Source of the DNA: an uncultured virus (IMG/VR IMGVR_UViG_3300042356_001581)
Lineage: Duplodnaviria; Heunggongvirae; Uroviricota; Caudoviricetes
IMG/VR virus record: IMGVR_UViG_3300042356_001581
DNA: 64,000 nucleotides
Strand: one strand, 5' to 3'
In this document: piece after piece, positions 63,999-64,000 of the stretch
Layout: each line of letters begins with the position of its first letter
How positions within the stretch are numbered: the stretch's first letter is position 1
The notes under the pieces: generated by a model
What the model saw: only the letters and a program-made list of their open reading frames with translations
Told to the model about the DNA's origin: nothing
Databases searched by the model: none
Translations under genes and position numbers: made by a program

Positions 63999-64000
63999 TT

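Noticed and set aside
1..64000. Genome-wide stop-codon reassignment
   Set aside because: The standard code gives dense, abutting ORFs, and TAA, TAG and TGA all end genes
1..64000. tRNA or rRNA genes
   Set aside because: No canonical T-loop/D-loop cloverleaf or rRNA-like segment seen by eye; tRNAscan-SE is needed to be sure

Overview
AT-rich, gene-dense bacteriophage genome segment. The host is very likely a Bacteroidota/Flavobacterium, judged from repeated TAnnTTTG (-7) and TTG (-33) promoters. Two convergent arms meet at a bidirectional terminator near 35.3 kb. The left arm (+ strand, 1-35.2 kb) holds a putative iteron origin, about 90 mostly small hypothetical early genes including two arrays of modular paralogous minigenes, an attC-like cassette remnant, an NT5C nucleotidase, a DNA methyltransferase, a PD-(D/E)XK exonuclease plus RecT, a DEDDh exonuclease and a minimal family-B-polymerase-like protein. 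The right arm (- strand, 35.4-64 kb) is a late/structural region in which I recognise no terminase, portal, HK97 capsid, tape measure or baseplate gene. It instead has about 35 single-pass membrane proteins, a beta-rich 231-aa candidate jelly-roll major capsid protein with an apparently split paralog, a recurring Phi-x-N-A-x-G motif, a zincin protease, an LRAT-family enzyme, a membrane-anchored CCA-type nucleotidyltransferase, YadA-like fibres next to a sulfotransferase/CysC/GT9 cluster, and a lysis cassette. Best hypothesis (inference, untested): a large-genome, tailless, lipid-containing Bacteroidota virus. The genome continues beyond both window ends, so missing hallmark genes could lie outside. 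All family calls come from motifs recognised by eye, not from database searches.
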